This document shows positions 1 through 7,902 of a stretch of DNA of 64,000 nt, piece by piece; the first letter of the stretch is position 1, and each line of letters begins with the position of its first letter. Source of the stretch: an uncultured archaeon (GTDB taxonomy: Archaea > Aenigmatarchaeota > Aenigmatarchaeia > PWEA01 > JAGHBM01); NCBI GenBank assembly GCA_964584335.1, contig CAZOZN010000002.1:162974-226973 (forward strand). Direction: 5' to 3'. A program made the translations under genes and the position numbers. The notes beneath the pieces were generated by a model, which was given only the letters and a program-made list of their open reading frames with translations, ran no database searches and was not told the origin of the DNA.

Positions 1-106
1 AAAAAAGGTGTTTTTTGTTTTTTCCCCAAAGATACATTGGGACAAGCAGAATAGAAAGATAGATTATACTGTCTGAAAAAACTGTAATATAATCAACAGG
101 CAACAT
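1..106 (-). CDS. Partial hypothetical membrane protein (N-terminus only; runs off window edge)
   Basis: Manual translation from ATG at 106: MLPVDYITVFSDSIIYLSILLVPMYLWGKNKKHLF..., open to the window edge, hydrophobic stretch, co-oriented downstream of polB. Confidence 0.4.
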   Translation of the reverse strand, partial: MLPVDYITVFSDSIIYLSILLVPMYLWGKNKKHLF

Positions 107-133
107 ATTGATAGTTAAATTGTATGATATAAA

Positions 134-2824
134 TTATATGCATTCTATTTTAACATAACCGCCAATACATCCTCCACCAAATGCAAAGAGCTCGCCTCCA
201 CAGTCACACTTACCTAAAAGAGGAACCCTCCTGAACTTTGAGTTGCATTTTCTGCATGTGAAACCGTTAAGATGCTCGACCACAACTTTCTCCGGCGGCT
301 TGTTTACTTTGTGGTTTCTTTTCTTTGGGTTTAGCATGTTTTTTAAATTACACTGTCTTCCCTTGCCAAGCAATTCCCCCTTATCTACTCCTATAACAGA
401 AAATATTCTTTCTATGGGCGGTAAAAGTTGGTTTTCTATATAGTAATCTGAATCTATCCTAAGATTTTTCTCTTCTATATATTCAGGCGTCTCGGCCCTT
501 TCACTCAACATTTGATTTCCACTTAATATAACATAAGATATTCTAGTGCCAGGTGACGGTGTCTGTGATGGATCCCTGTCTCTTATTCTTCTGGCCAGCT
601 CTATATGAGGAAGTTTTCCATCATACCTGTCAAGTCCTTTGGTTATGCTTTTGGTGACTGCCAGTTTTCTTAAATCAACCTCTCCTTTGTTTATCTTATC
701 AACAACACACCTTACATGGTTTATGGCCTTTTCTATGTTGCCCTCTTTTAATATTATCTCTAAGACAACATTCATGGTCTCGGTCACTATATCAGCCCAG
801 TCCCTTCTAACAGTCTCTATGCCTTTCATTAATATCTTGTCTTTCCAATCACCGTTAGTTTTTTCAAAACTCCAACCGGCATACCTTTTCTTCGTTAATA
901 TGAGAAAAGACCTGAAAGTTTTTTCGAACTCCAATATAATCTTTCCTGGAAACTCTATATTATCGACTATTTCATTTCCTTTTTTGTTTGCTTCCTCAAG
1001 ACTTTCAACATTAACTTTCACAAAAACAGAATCTGTATCACCGTATATTATTTCATATCCGAGATTTTCAACTTTTTTGCTTGTTTCTTCAAGAAGGTTG
1101 CGTCCGTATGAAGTTATTGTGTTGGCAACTTCCATAACATAGGTCTTTGCCCTTAGATAACCAGTGTAACCGTAAAATGCATTGGCCAATATCTTAAGTG
1201 CCCATTGTTTTGCGTAAAGTATTCTTTTCTTTTCTTCGTTGCTTTCTTTGAACATTACCTTTTTTACCGAAGACCTCTTGTTTATTAGTTTCTCCAGAAC
1301 GTGAGGTAATATTCCTTTTTTTAAATCCCTGTTGACAAATTTTGTTCCTATAGAAGACTCTTTATACTGGTCTGTCGAATTGTCGACCAAAAGAGTTGTG
1401 GGACATATATTATATGTTCTTATTATGCTTGGGTAAAGGCTCTTAAAATCAAGAACAAGAATGTAGCCTTCTGTATAAAGCCCCGGAGTAGGTTCCAAAA
1501 CAAGACCCCCCTTAAGGCCGCTTTTTTCTCTTTTTTTCTTTCTTTCAATTACTTCTCCCTTGGTTGGCTTAAGGGGAAATAAAAAATCCCTCTTGTTGAA
1601 TTCACTCAACAAAAGATTTTCTATCCTTATAGTCTCTCCCCCATTCAATGCATCATCGAGCATAACACCAGAAACCCTGGAAAGAGCTATGTACTTATCC
1701 AAAAGTGTTTTCTTGGTAACCAAGTCCAAAGCCAAAATAGAATCTTTCCTGCAATAGTCTATAAGTTTTTGCAGTTCTTTGGGTTTGCCGTTCCAAAATT
1801 TATCAAAATCCTTATAACTAATATCGATCTTTCTTGAACCCAATAGTTTTTCTGAAACATTATCAAGCTTGTAACTCTTGAACGAAAAATCCTTTTTTAT
1901 TATCTGATAAGAATCTGCTATAACCCTGCCTATTACTTTTGTGGATGACCTGTGACCGTACTTGCTGTAAAAGGCTGTTTTGTTTTTTACCCTTCCCATA
2001 TCTTTTTTTATTCCAAATTTCTCCATTCTTCCCAATATAAATGGCATATCGAAATTTTGTATGTTGTAACCGGTTATGACATCGGGGTCGTAATCCTTTA
2101 TTATATCCTTGAGTTTTTCTAGCATGTTCTTTTCGTCATCAAGGCATATGGTGTTTTTTCTTTGGTTTGTTCTGAGTTGAGCATTTTTAGAAACAAGAAC
2201 ACTGTCTTTTTGGTTTTTATAATCATCTGAAAAAGCAAGGCTTATCATTGTTATGGCATCTCTTTCCGGCTCGGGCATCCTATTCATAGGAGCTTCAGTT
2301 TCTATGTCAAGAGCAAGTATCCTGAGAGGCATGTTCTTTTCGTCTTTTATTGGTTTTATGCTCTTCGCTTCCACACCAACACAAAAAACAGTATCAGTAT
2401 TCACAATATTTCCTTCGACTTCTATCCATCTCATGGCCTTTATTCCCTTATCAACAAAAAATCTGTACTTGAAAAGTATGTCGGCTTCAAAAACCTTACA
2501 CTCACCCCTGCCCCTTATCTCGTCTCTTATATCAGAAACTTTGCTCGGGTTCCTTGTGGTTATTTTAAGAACCTTCTTCTTTTCTTTTTGGTAACCGACC
2601 GGAAGATATCTTTCTACTTTTTCTATTTTCTCTATTTCCCCCTCAAAAGATGACAATCTTCTTTTAATCTCTTCCTCATCCCCGATGGCATAGAAATACG
2701 GTAAAAAATCTTCAACAAAAACACAAACGGAGTTGCCTTCTTCGTCCTTGCAAAAAATTCTAATCAATGGTTTATCGTTCAACATAGTATAATCGGCATC
2801 AAAAACTTGAAGTCTCATTAACAC
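134..2824 (-). CDS. polB: Family-B DNA polymerase with intact 3'-5' exonuclease and a C-terminal DP2-like Zn finger
   Basis: ExoI LDIETE, ExoII GYNIQNFD, ExoIII YCRKD; polymerase motifs DFKSLYPSII, KILANAFYGY, YGDTDS, KKRY; PIP-like QCNLKNML; C-terminal CRKC-x12-CDC. True start may be ATG 2818. Confidence 0.97.
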   Translation of the reverse strand: MLMRLQVFDADYTMLNDKPLIRIFCKDEEGNSVCVFVEDFLPYFYAIGDEEEIKRRLSSFEGEIEKIEKVERYLPVGYQKEKKKVLKITTRNPSKVSDIRDEIRGRGECKVFEADILFKYRFFVDKGIKAMRWIEVEGNIVNTDTVFCVGVEAKSIKPIKDEKNMPLRILALDIETEAPMNRMPEPERDAITMISLAFSDDYKNQKDSVLVSKNAQLRTNQRKNTICLDDEKNMLEKLKDIIKDYDPDVITGYNIQNFDMPFILGRMEKFGIKKDMGRVKNKTAFYSKYGHRSSTKVIGRVIADSYQIIKKDFSFKSYKLDNVSEKLLGSRKIDISYKDFDKFWNGKPKELQKLIDYCRKDSILALDLVTKKTLLDKYIALSRVSGVMLDDALNGGETIRIENLLLSEFNKRDFLFPLKPTKGEVIERKKKREKSGLKGGLVLEPTPGLYTEGYILVLDFKSLYPSIIRTYNICPTTLLVDNSTDQYKESSIGTKFVNRDLKKGILPHVLEKLINKRSSVKKVMFKESNEEKKRILYAKQWALKILANAFYGYTGYLRAKTYVMEVANTITSYGRNLLEETSKKVENLGYEIIYGDTDSVFVKVNVESLEEANKKGNEIVDNIEFPGKIILEFEKTFRSFLILTKKRYAGWSFEKTNGDWKDKILMKGIETVRRDWADIVTETMNVVLEIILKEGNIEKAINHVRCVVDKINKGEVDLRKLAVTKSITKGLDRYDGKLPHIELARRIRDRDPSQTPSPGTRISYVILSGNQMLSERAETPEYIEEKNLRIDSDYYIENQLLPPIERIFSVIGVDKGELLGKGRQCNLKNMLNPKKRNHKVNKPPEKVVVEHLNGFTCRKCNSKFRRVPLLGKCDCGGELFAFGGGCIGGYVKIECI

Positions 2825-2872
2825 ACCCAGCTACAGAAGACTATAGTCACTAAAGTATTAAAATTAATTTGT

Positions 2873-3904
2873 CTACTCTGGAACATACCTTTCATGTTCC
2901 CTTGTCTTGAGGTTGACAACAAAAGACTCCGGTCCGGATACTGAAACAACACTAACTCCCTTGTAATTAAGAAAGAAACTCTCTTTTCCACCCTTTAAGA
3001 ATATCACGTCGGGTATATCCCTTAACATGTAGGGATCTCCTTCATTATAAACAAAAGGTAAAAGATGTCTTCTCTTTAACAAAGAAATTAAAATTTTCTG
3101 CTCATTATCAAGCCCGATTTTTTTACTTATTTCATCCATTTCTATTTCGAGGACAAAAACCTTAACACCCTCAACTTCGACCAAAAAGGGCATACTAAGA
3201 CCCATGGTTCTCTTACCTTTCTTTATTTTTTCCCTGTCCCCAACAAGCCACCTGTTATTTAAGTCTATATCATCAACACAATCAAAAGTGAAAAGGTAGG
3301 GTATATGTGAATGTTTTTGTGAATCACGTGAAGTTAATTCTTTTGTGAATAGTATCTTACAGTCTTCCTTGCTCATATTTGTTTTGTTGTTAAGAGGTAT
3401 GTCTGGATAAAAAATCTTATCCTCTTTGAATCTTGTCTTCTCAAAAACACCCTCTACTCCGACAACCTCATCTTCCAATACTTTTTCATCGGACAAACAA
3501 AAAATAGACCCTGTAGAATCCTCTAACACGAAACCGTTTTCTTTTATTTTTCTTATCATTCCTATTATAATTGATTCACCGTAGGTGAGTTTGTTTATGG
3601 ATGTCATCTTTTCCTTGTTCACTTTTTCAATTATAATATTTCTTAAAAAATCGAATCTCTTATTATAAAAATCAACAAAATCGGTAACCTTTTTAACATC
3701 ATTTCCTTTTTTGTTCTCATAAAGGACATTAACTCCCTTACCCTTTAACTCACAATAAAAATCATCAGTAACTACAACCTGATTCTTTCTCAAGTTTTTA
3801 AAGATGTCTTCAATATCCTCGATTTTTATTTTGTTTTTTATACCCGGGGATATTAAAACCCCTTTCTTTAAAAATTTCTCAACTAAATCCATAAAAATCC
3901 TCAC
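2873..3904 (-). CDS. PolD small-subunit (DP1)-like protein with degenerate phosphoesterase domain (B-subunit-like)
   Basis: DP1-like N-terminus (FLKKGVLISP), FYNKRFDFLRNII, OB fold (IIGMIR..LEDSTGSI..VLEDEVVGVEG..YPDIP), LLKRRHLLP and D..IPDVI; metal motifs DxH, GDxxDG, GNHD and GHxH are absent; only 343 aa. Confidence 0.8.
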   Translation of the reverse strand: MRIFMDLVEKFLKKGVLISPGIKNKIKIEDIEDIFKNLRKNQVVVTDDFYCELKGKGVNVLYENKKGNDVKKVTDFVDFYNKRFDFLRNIIIEKVNKEKMTSINKLTYGESIIIGMIRKIKENGFVLEDSTGSIFCLSDEKVLEDEVVGVEGVFEKTRFKEDKIFYPDIPLNNKTNMSKEDCKILFTKELTSRDSQKHSHIPYLFTFDCVDDIDLNNRWLVGDREKIKKGKRTMGLSMPFLVEVEGVKVFVLEIEMDEISKKIGLDNEQKILISLLKRRHLLPFVYNEGDPYMLRDIPDVIFLKGGKESFFLNYKGVSVVSVSGPESFVVNLKTREHERYVPE

Positions 3905-5088
3905 TGAAAATAATAATTTGATTGTAGAATATTCCTTATTTTCTCTATTAAGGAATTCTGTAGTTTCATTTCAACTATTCTTGTCCTGCCGTATCTTCCC
4001 TTACTAACAACCTTTGCATTTATTACACCCAACAAATCAAGCTCTGCTATCAAGTCTGAAACTCTCCTTTGGGTTAGAGGTTTAAGACCATTCTCCAAAC
4101 ACAATTTTTCATAAACAGAAAATATGTCTCCGGTATGTACCTCACCCTCTGTTTTTAAAATACTCCACAAAACAGCCTGGCTTTGTCTTGGTTGTGACTT
4201 AACAATCTCAACTATTCTGTCACTATCTATTTTTGACTCGGCCATATCAACATGCTTTTCCTCAATTTTTTCCGAGTTCTCTCTTTCACTTATTTCTGCA
4301 GCAACTCTCAACAAGTCCAATGCCCTTCTAGCATCACCGTGCTCCTGTGCAGCAAGGCCAGCACACTTTTCTATTACTCCCGAAGTTAAAATATCTTCCT
4401 TGAAAGCCTTCTCCGCCCTGTTTCTTAAAATATCCTGAAGTTGGGTTGCGTTGTAAGGGTGAAAAAGTATCTCTTCTTCCGAAAGTGATGATTTCACACG
4501 AGGGTCCAGATTGTTTGTAAAAGAAAGGTTGTTTGATATTCCAATAAGACTTAATTGGGTATTCTCCAAATCTTCGTTTATCCTTGTTAAATTATAAAGA
4601 AAATCATCGCCTATTTTCTCAACAAGTATATCAATTTCATCAAGAACCAAAACAACAATACCTCCTTTCTTCTCAAGGGACTTAAAAAACAGATTATATA
4701 CATGGTCTGTTGGTAGACCTGTAACAGGAACGTGTTCGCCCAATTCTCTTGTTAATTGTGCTATAATCCTATATTCTGTGTTTGCAACGTTCCTCATCTT
4801 ACAGTTCAAATAAAACAAATTCACATTATCCTTGCTTTTTTCCTTTATTTTTTTGGATACATAATACATTACAGCGGTTTTGCCCGTACCGGGTTTACCG
4901 AAAATAAAAATATTGGAAGGTTTATCCCCGCTAAGACTTGGTCCTAATATAGAAGCTAAAGTTCTTATTTCCCTGTCTCTGTGTGGAAGTTCATCGGGTT
5001 TATAAGAAGTAGTTATCGTTTTTTTGTTTTTGAAGGTTTTCTTTCTGTTTACATATTGGTCAAATATTGAGTCCAAAGATTTTTGCAA
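3901..5088 (-). CDS. cdc6: Orc1/Cdc6 replication initiator
   Basis: LPHRD, Walker A GKPGTGKT, Walker B VLDEID, LDPRVKSSL, GDARRALDLL, wHTH ending SKGRYGRT. Confidence 0.97.
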   Translation of the reverse strand: MQKSLDSIFDQYVNRKKTFKNKKTITTSYKPDELPHRDREIRTLASILGPSLSGDKPSNIFIFGKPGTGKTAVMYYVSKKIKEKSKDNVNLFYLNCKMRNVANTEYRIIAQLTRELGEHVPVTGLPTDHVYNLFFKSLEKKGGIVVLVLDEIDILVEKIGDDFLYNLTRINEDLENTQLSLIGISNNLSFTNNLDPRVKSSLSEEEILFHPYNATQLQDILRNRAEKAFKEDILTSGVIEKCAGLAAQEHGDARRALDLLRVAAEISERENSEKIEEKHVDMAESKIDSDRIVEIVKSQPRQSQAVLWSILKTEGEVHTGDIFSVYEKLCLENGLKPLTQRRVSDLIAELDLLGVINAKVVSKGRYGRTRIVEMKLQNSLIEKIRNILQSNYYFQ

Positions 5089-5096
5089 ACGAAATC

Positions 5097-5328
5097 AACC
5101 CCCTCTTATTTCTTATGGAGTTCTTATTTATAAATGTGTTTCTGCACGTGAAATGAAGGGGTGTGTTTCTGCACGTGAAATGAAGGGGTGTGTATTTTGT
5201 GAATAAGACACCCCTAAATTTCATATGGAAATATTATACTGTAAGTAAGTAAGTATATATAACAGTGTTATATATAATATAATATAGAGATTTTCCTATT
5301 TTTTTTATTCCATAGGAAACAAAGGCGT
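5097..5328. other. Chromosomal replication origin (oriC) with ORB-like boxes and AT-rich unwinding element
   Basis: Directly upstream of cdc6. ORB-like boxes: 5097-5120(-) CTCCATAAGAAATAAGAGGGGGTT; 5135-5161 and 5162-5188(+) ..TGCACGTGAAATGAAGGGG; 5209-5231(-) TTTCCATATGAAATTTAGGGGTG; 5308-5328(+) TTCCATAGGAAACAAAGGCGT. AT-rich tract about 5232-5307. Confidence 0.88.
5135..5188 (+). repeat. Perfect 27-bp tandem duplication of an ORB-like element
   Basis: TGTGTTTCTGCACGTGAAATGAAGGGG x2, followed by a partial TGTGT. Confidence 0.95.
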
Positions 5329-5337
5329 CTCCCCTAC

Positions 5338-5372
5338 TACGACAATTATTTATATTATTTACGACAATTATT
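5338..5372 (+). promoter_or_regulatory. 13-bp direct repeat upstream of HTH regulator (candidate operator)
   Basis: TACGACAATTATT at 5338-5350 and 5360-5372, 22-bp period, flanking a TATA-like TTTATA. Confidence 0.4.
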
Positions 5373-5377
5373 AAATT

Positions 5378-6097
5378 ATGAACGAAAAAAAGATGATGAA
5401 AAATAATTTAATAAAAAAAATATGTGGGGAAATTGTTTTATCCCATAAACCCGGGTTTATAATTAAAAAATGGAGAAATATTTTTAAAGTTTCCCAAAAA
5501 GAGCTTGCAAATGAAATGAATGTCACACCTTCTGTAATATCTGATTATGAGAGCAACAGAAGAGCTTCACCAGGCATAAAAATAATAAACAAGATAGTCA
5601 ATAGCCTTATAAAACTATCAGAGAAAAAAGGAGGGGAATTTTTAAACGAGTTTTATACAATTTCAGGGGAGAATTTGCTACTTTCAGATATATTCAATAT
5701 AAGAGAATTTAAGATGCCCGTAACAATAAGAGAATTTTGTGATAAAACAGATTCTATAATAATAACAAACGAGGACCTTTCTGATAACAACATATATGGT
5801 TACTCTTTAATAGACTCTTTAAAGGCTATATTAGAGCTATCACCCATGGATTTAGTTAAGATATATGGCTATACAACAAACAGAGCTCTAATATTCTCTA
5901 ATATAACTTCAGGAAAGTCCTCAATGGTTGCTATAAAAGTTACAAACCTAAGGCCTTCTCTGGTTGTTTTACATGAGCCAGATAAAATAGATAAAATAGC
6001 CAAGAGGATATCTGAAGTTGAAGGTATAGTTCTTGCCGTAAACGAAACAAAAAAAGTCGATGAATTAAAAAGAATATTAAAGAAGGGGTTTGAATGA
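5378..6097 (+). CDS. XRE-family HTH transcriptional regulator (archaeal COG1709-like)
   Basis: KWRNIFKVSQKELANEMNVTPSVISDYESNRRASPG HTH; C-terminal RALIFSNITSGKSSMVAIKV. Confidence 0.85.
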   Translation: MNEKKMMKNNLIKKICGEIVLSHKPGFIIKKWRNIFKVSQKELANEMNVTPSVISDYESNRRASPGIKIINKIVNSLIKLSEKKGGEFLNEFYTISGENLLLSDIFNIREFKMPVTIREFCDKTDSIIITNEDLSDNNIYGYSLIDSLKAILELSPMDLVKIYGYTTNRALIFSNITSGKSSMVAIKVTNLRPSLVVLHEPDKIDKIAKRISEVEGIVLAVNETKKVDELKRILKKGFE

Positions 6098-6255
6098 ATT
6101 ATAGATGGATTTTAATGAGTTTTGGCGTTATTTTCATAGGATTATATCTTTATTTCTTATATAAGATACCATTTACGTGGATTATATCGATTTTAGGCTT
6201 AGTTTGGTTTGTTTTTGGTTTTGTTATAAAGAAACACGATACTTATTCCGGTTGA
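6094..6255 (+). CDS. Small 53-aa membrane protein (not in ORF track)
   Basis: ATGA overlap with the upstream stop; MNYRWILMSFGVIFIGLYLYFLYKIPFTWIISILGLVWFVFGFVIKKHDTYSG, two hydrophobic segments. Confidence 0.55.
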   Translation: MNYRWILMSFGVIFIGLYLYFLYKIPFTWIISILGLVWFVFGFVIKKHDTYSG

Positions 6256-6617
6256 TTTTTCAAGTAATCTATTAGTTTTACCCTACCATCAACCCTCGCT
6301 ACATCTTTTTTAATCAATTCTCTTGCAGGTTCAACAAATATAGGAGAGCGATAAAAACCATATATTATTAACGGTATTGTGTTTAATTTATCTGATTCCT
6401 TTATTATTTTTTTTATATCATCTTCTTTTATGTAAATGAATTTTTTGTTTTTTTGTGATGTTTTTTTAGCGTCTATAAGGAATTTAACAACACCATCCTT
6501 AATTACAATTATATCATATGGTGATGATGCCGCCTTTCTTTCAGCGGTATACCCAAGCTTCCTAAAAAAATTTCTTACTCTAAATTCAAATGCAGAACCC
6601 TTTCTGTAGTTGGTCAT
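6243..6617 (-). CDS. hjc: Archaeal Holliday junction resolvase-like PD-(D/E)xK nuclease
   Basis: NYRKGSAFE...LGY..ERKAASSPYDII...IDAKKT; 124 aa. Confidence 0.7.
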   Translation of the reverse strand: MTNYRKGSAFEFRVRNFFRKLGYTAERKAASSPYDIIVIKDGVVKFLIDAKKTSQKNKKFIYIKEDDIKKIIKESDKLNTIPLIIYGFYRSPIFVEPARELIKKDVARVDGRVKLIDYLKNQPE

Positions 6618-6670
6618 ATTATCTTCTTAGTTTTAAATAGATGTTTTAATAAATTTAATGTAGTGATGTT

Positions 6671-7198
6671 ATGGAAGACTTTAAAGTTGAGGATGCAATG
6701 ACAAGAGATTATATTAAGGCCAAGGCCAGCGATAATGTAATTGATATAGCGAAGAAAATGAAAAGCAAGGATATCGGTTCAATGTTGATTTGTGATAAAA
6801 ACAAGCTTGTAGGCCTTATAACATCTGAAGACCTCGTGAAGAGGGTTATCTTGAAATCCAAGGACCCAAAAAAGCTTATCGCAAAAGATGTTATGACAAA
6901 AAAACTAACAACAACAACATCCGACGAAGAACTGGGCGAGGCAATAAGAATTATGATAGACGAGGGCGTACAGAGGCTTCCCGTCATGGATGGAAAGAAG
7001 CTTGTTGGTATTTTAACAGACGGTGATATTTTAAGGATTGCTCCACATCTGGTGGAATCTTTGGTTGAAATGAGAGAAAGAGAGATGGGAATGGAGGGAG
7101 GTTCCTGCGAGATATGTGGCAACTATAGCGAAGACTTGAGAAAAAATGGAGGAGTTTGGGTTTGTGAAGAGTGTTACGAATCTTCTCCAAAACTTTAA
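6671..7198 (+). CDS. CBS-pair protein with C-terminal Zn ribbon
   Basis: Two CBS repeats (VEDAMT..LVGLITSEDL; AKDVMT..LVGILTDGDIL); CEIC-x14-CEEC. Confidence 0.9.
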   Translation: MEDFKVEDAMTRDYIKAKASDNVIDIAKKMKSKDIGSMLICDKNKLVGLITSEDLVKRVILKSKDPKKLIAKDVMTKKLTTTTSDEELGEAIRIMIDEGVQRLPVMDGKKLVGILTDGDILRIAPHLVESLVEMREREMGMEGGSCEICGNYSEDLRKNGGVWVCEECYESSPKL

Positions 7199-7209
7199 AC
7201 GGTGATTAA

Positions 7210-7722
7210 TTGGCTAGTTTAAAGGTAGAGGACGAATGCGATATAATACCAAGAATAATGGTAAACAATATACCCAACCCACAGGCAGTGTACCCCGAAA
7301 TAAAAGAGATACTTATTTCTAGATGCAAGATAGCTCCAAAAAATATAAACGAAAGGATATACGACCACACAAAAGGGGAACCAGAGAAGATACATATAGT
7401 TCTTGAATCTTGGAAACAAAAAGACAAATACACAAGACTGTTGTACGAACTGGAGATAGACATAAAACTCAGGCAGGTCAACAAGAAAAAAATAAAATAT
7501 ATTGGAGACTTGGACATAGAGATAAAGGGAACCGTGGAGACATCTTATCCGCAGAAATCTGCAGCAGAGAAATCAATACTTTGGAACGCTTTTCGTGCAT
7601 TCTATGAGAAGGCGCTTTACGGGGACCTTAGAGACGAATACATGGAAGATTGTAAGAAATACGTAATAAGATTAAGAGACGGGATACAGGGTTTTTTGGA
7701 CCTGCTCCCAAAAATGAACTAG
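7210..7722 (+). CDS. Hypothetical protein
   Basis: 170-aa ORF, TTG start 4 nt after GGTGA, natural amino-acid composition. Confidence 0.75.
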   Translation: MASLKVEDECDIIPRIMVNNIPNPQAVYPEIKEILISRCKIAPKNINERIYDHTKGEPEKIHIVLESWKQKDKYTRLLYELEIDIKLRQVNKKKIKYIGDLDIEIKGTVETSYPQKSAAEKSILWNAFRAFYEKALYGDLRDEYMEDCKKYVIRLRDGIQGFLDLLPKMN

Positions 7723-7898
7723 TCCAGAATTATTGCATCTACAGGACATATGTTTTTTGCTTCTTCACAACAATCTGAATCACATTCTGAAGTTTTTACC
7801 TCGGATTTGCCGTTTTCATCCAGTTCAAAAACTTCTGGGCACACAGAAACACAAGCTCCACACCCAATACACTTTTCCTTATCCACCTTTACCTTCAA
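7719..7898 (-). CDS. fdx: Monocluster [4Fe-4S] ferredoxin, 59 aa (not in ORF track)
   Basis: Manual translation from TTG: MKVKVDKEKCIGCGACVSVCPEVFELDENGKSEVKTSECDSDCCEEAKNICPVDAIILD; CxxCxxCxxxCP...CP; GAGGTGA SD. Confidence 0.93.
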   Translation of the reverse strand: MKVKVDKEKCIGCGACVSVCPEVFELDENGKSEVKTSECDSDCCEEAKNICPVDAIILD

Positions 7899-7902
7899 TT
7901 AA

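Noticed and set aside
134-5088. Inteins in PolB or Cdc6, or a viral/plasmid replication module
   Set aside because: Motif spacing is uninterrupted with no intein termini; flanking genes are chromosomal housekeeping genes with no integrase, capsid or att-like repeats
5135-5193. 27-bp repeat as a mini CRISPR array
   Set aside because: Copies are directly adjacent with no spacer, there are no cas genes, and the unit matches the ORB pattern beside cdc6
5024-5206. 60-aa ORF with repeated CVSAREMKG
   Set aside because: Translation of the ORB tandem repeat, antisense to the cdc6 start
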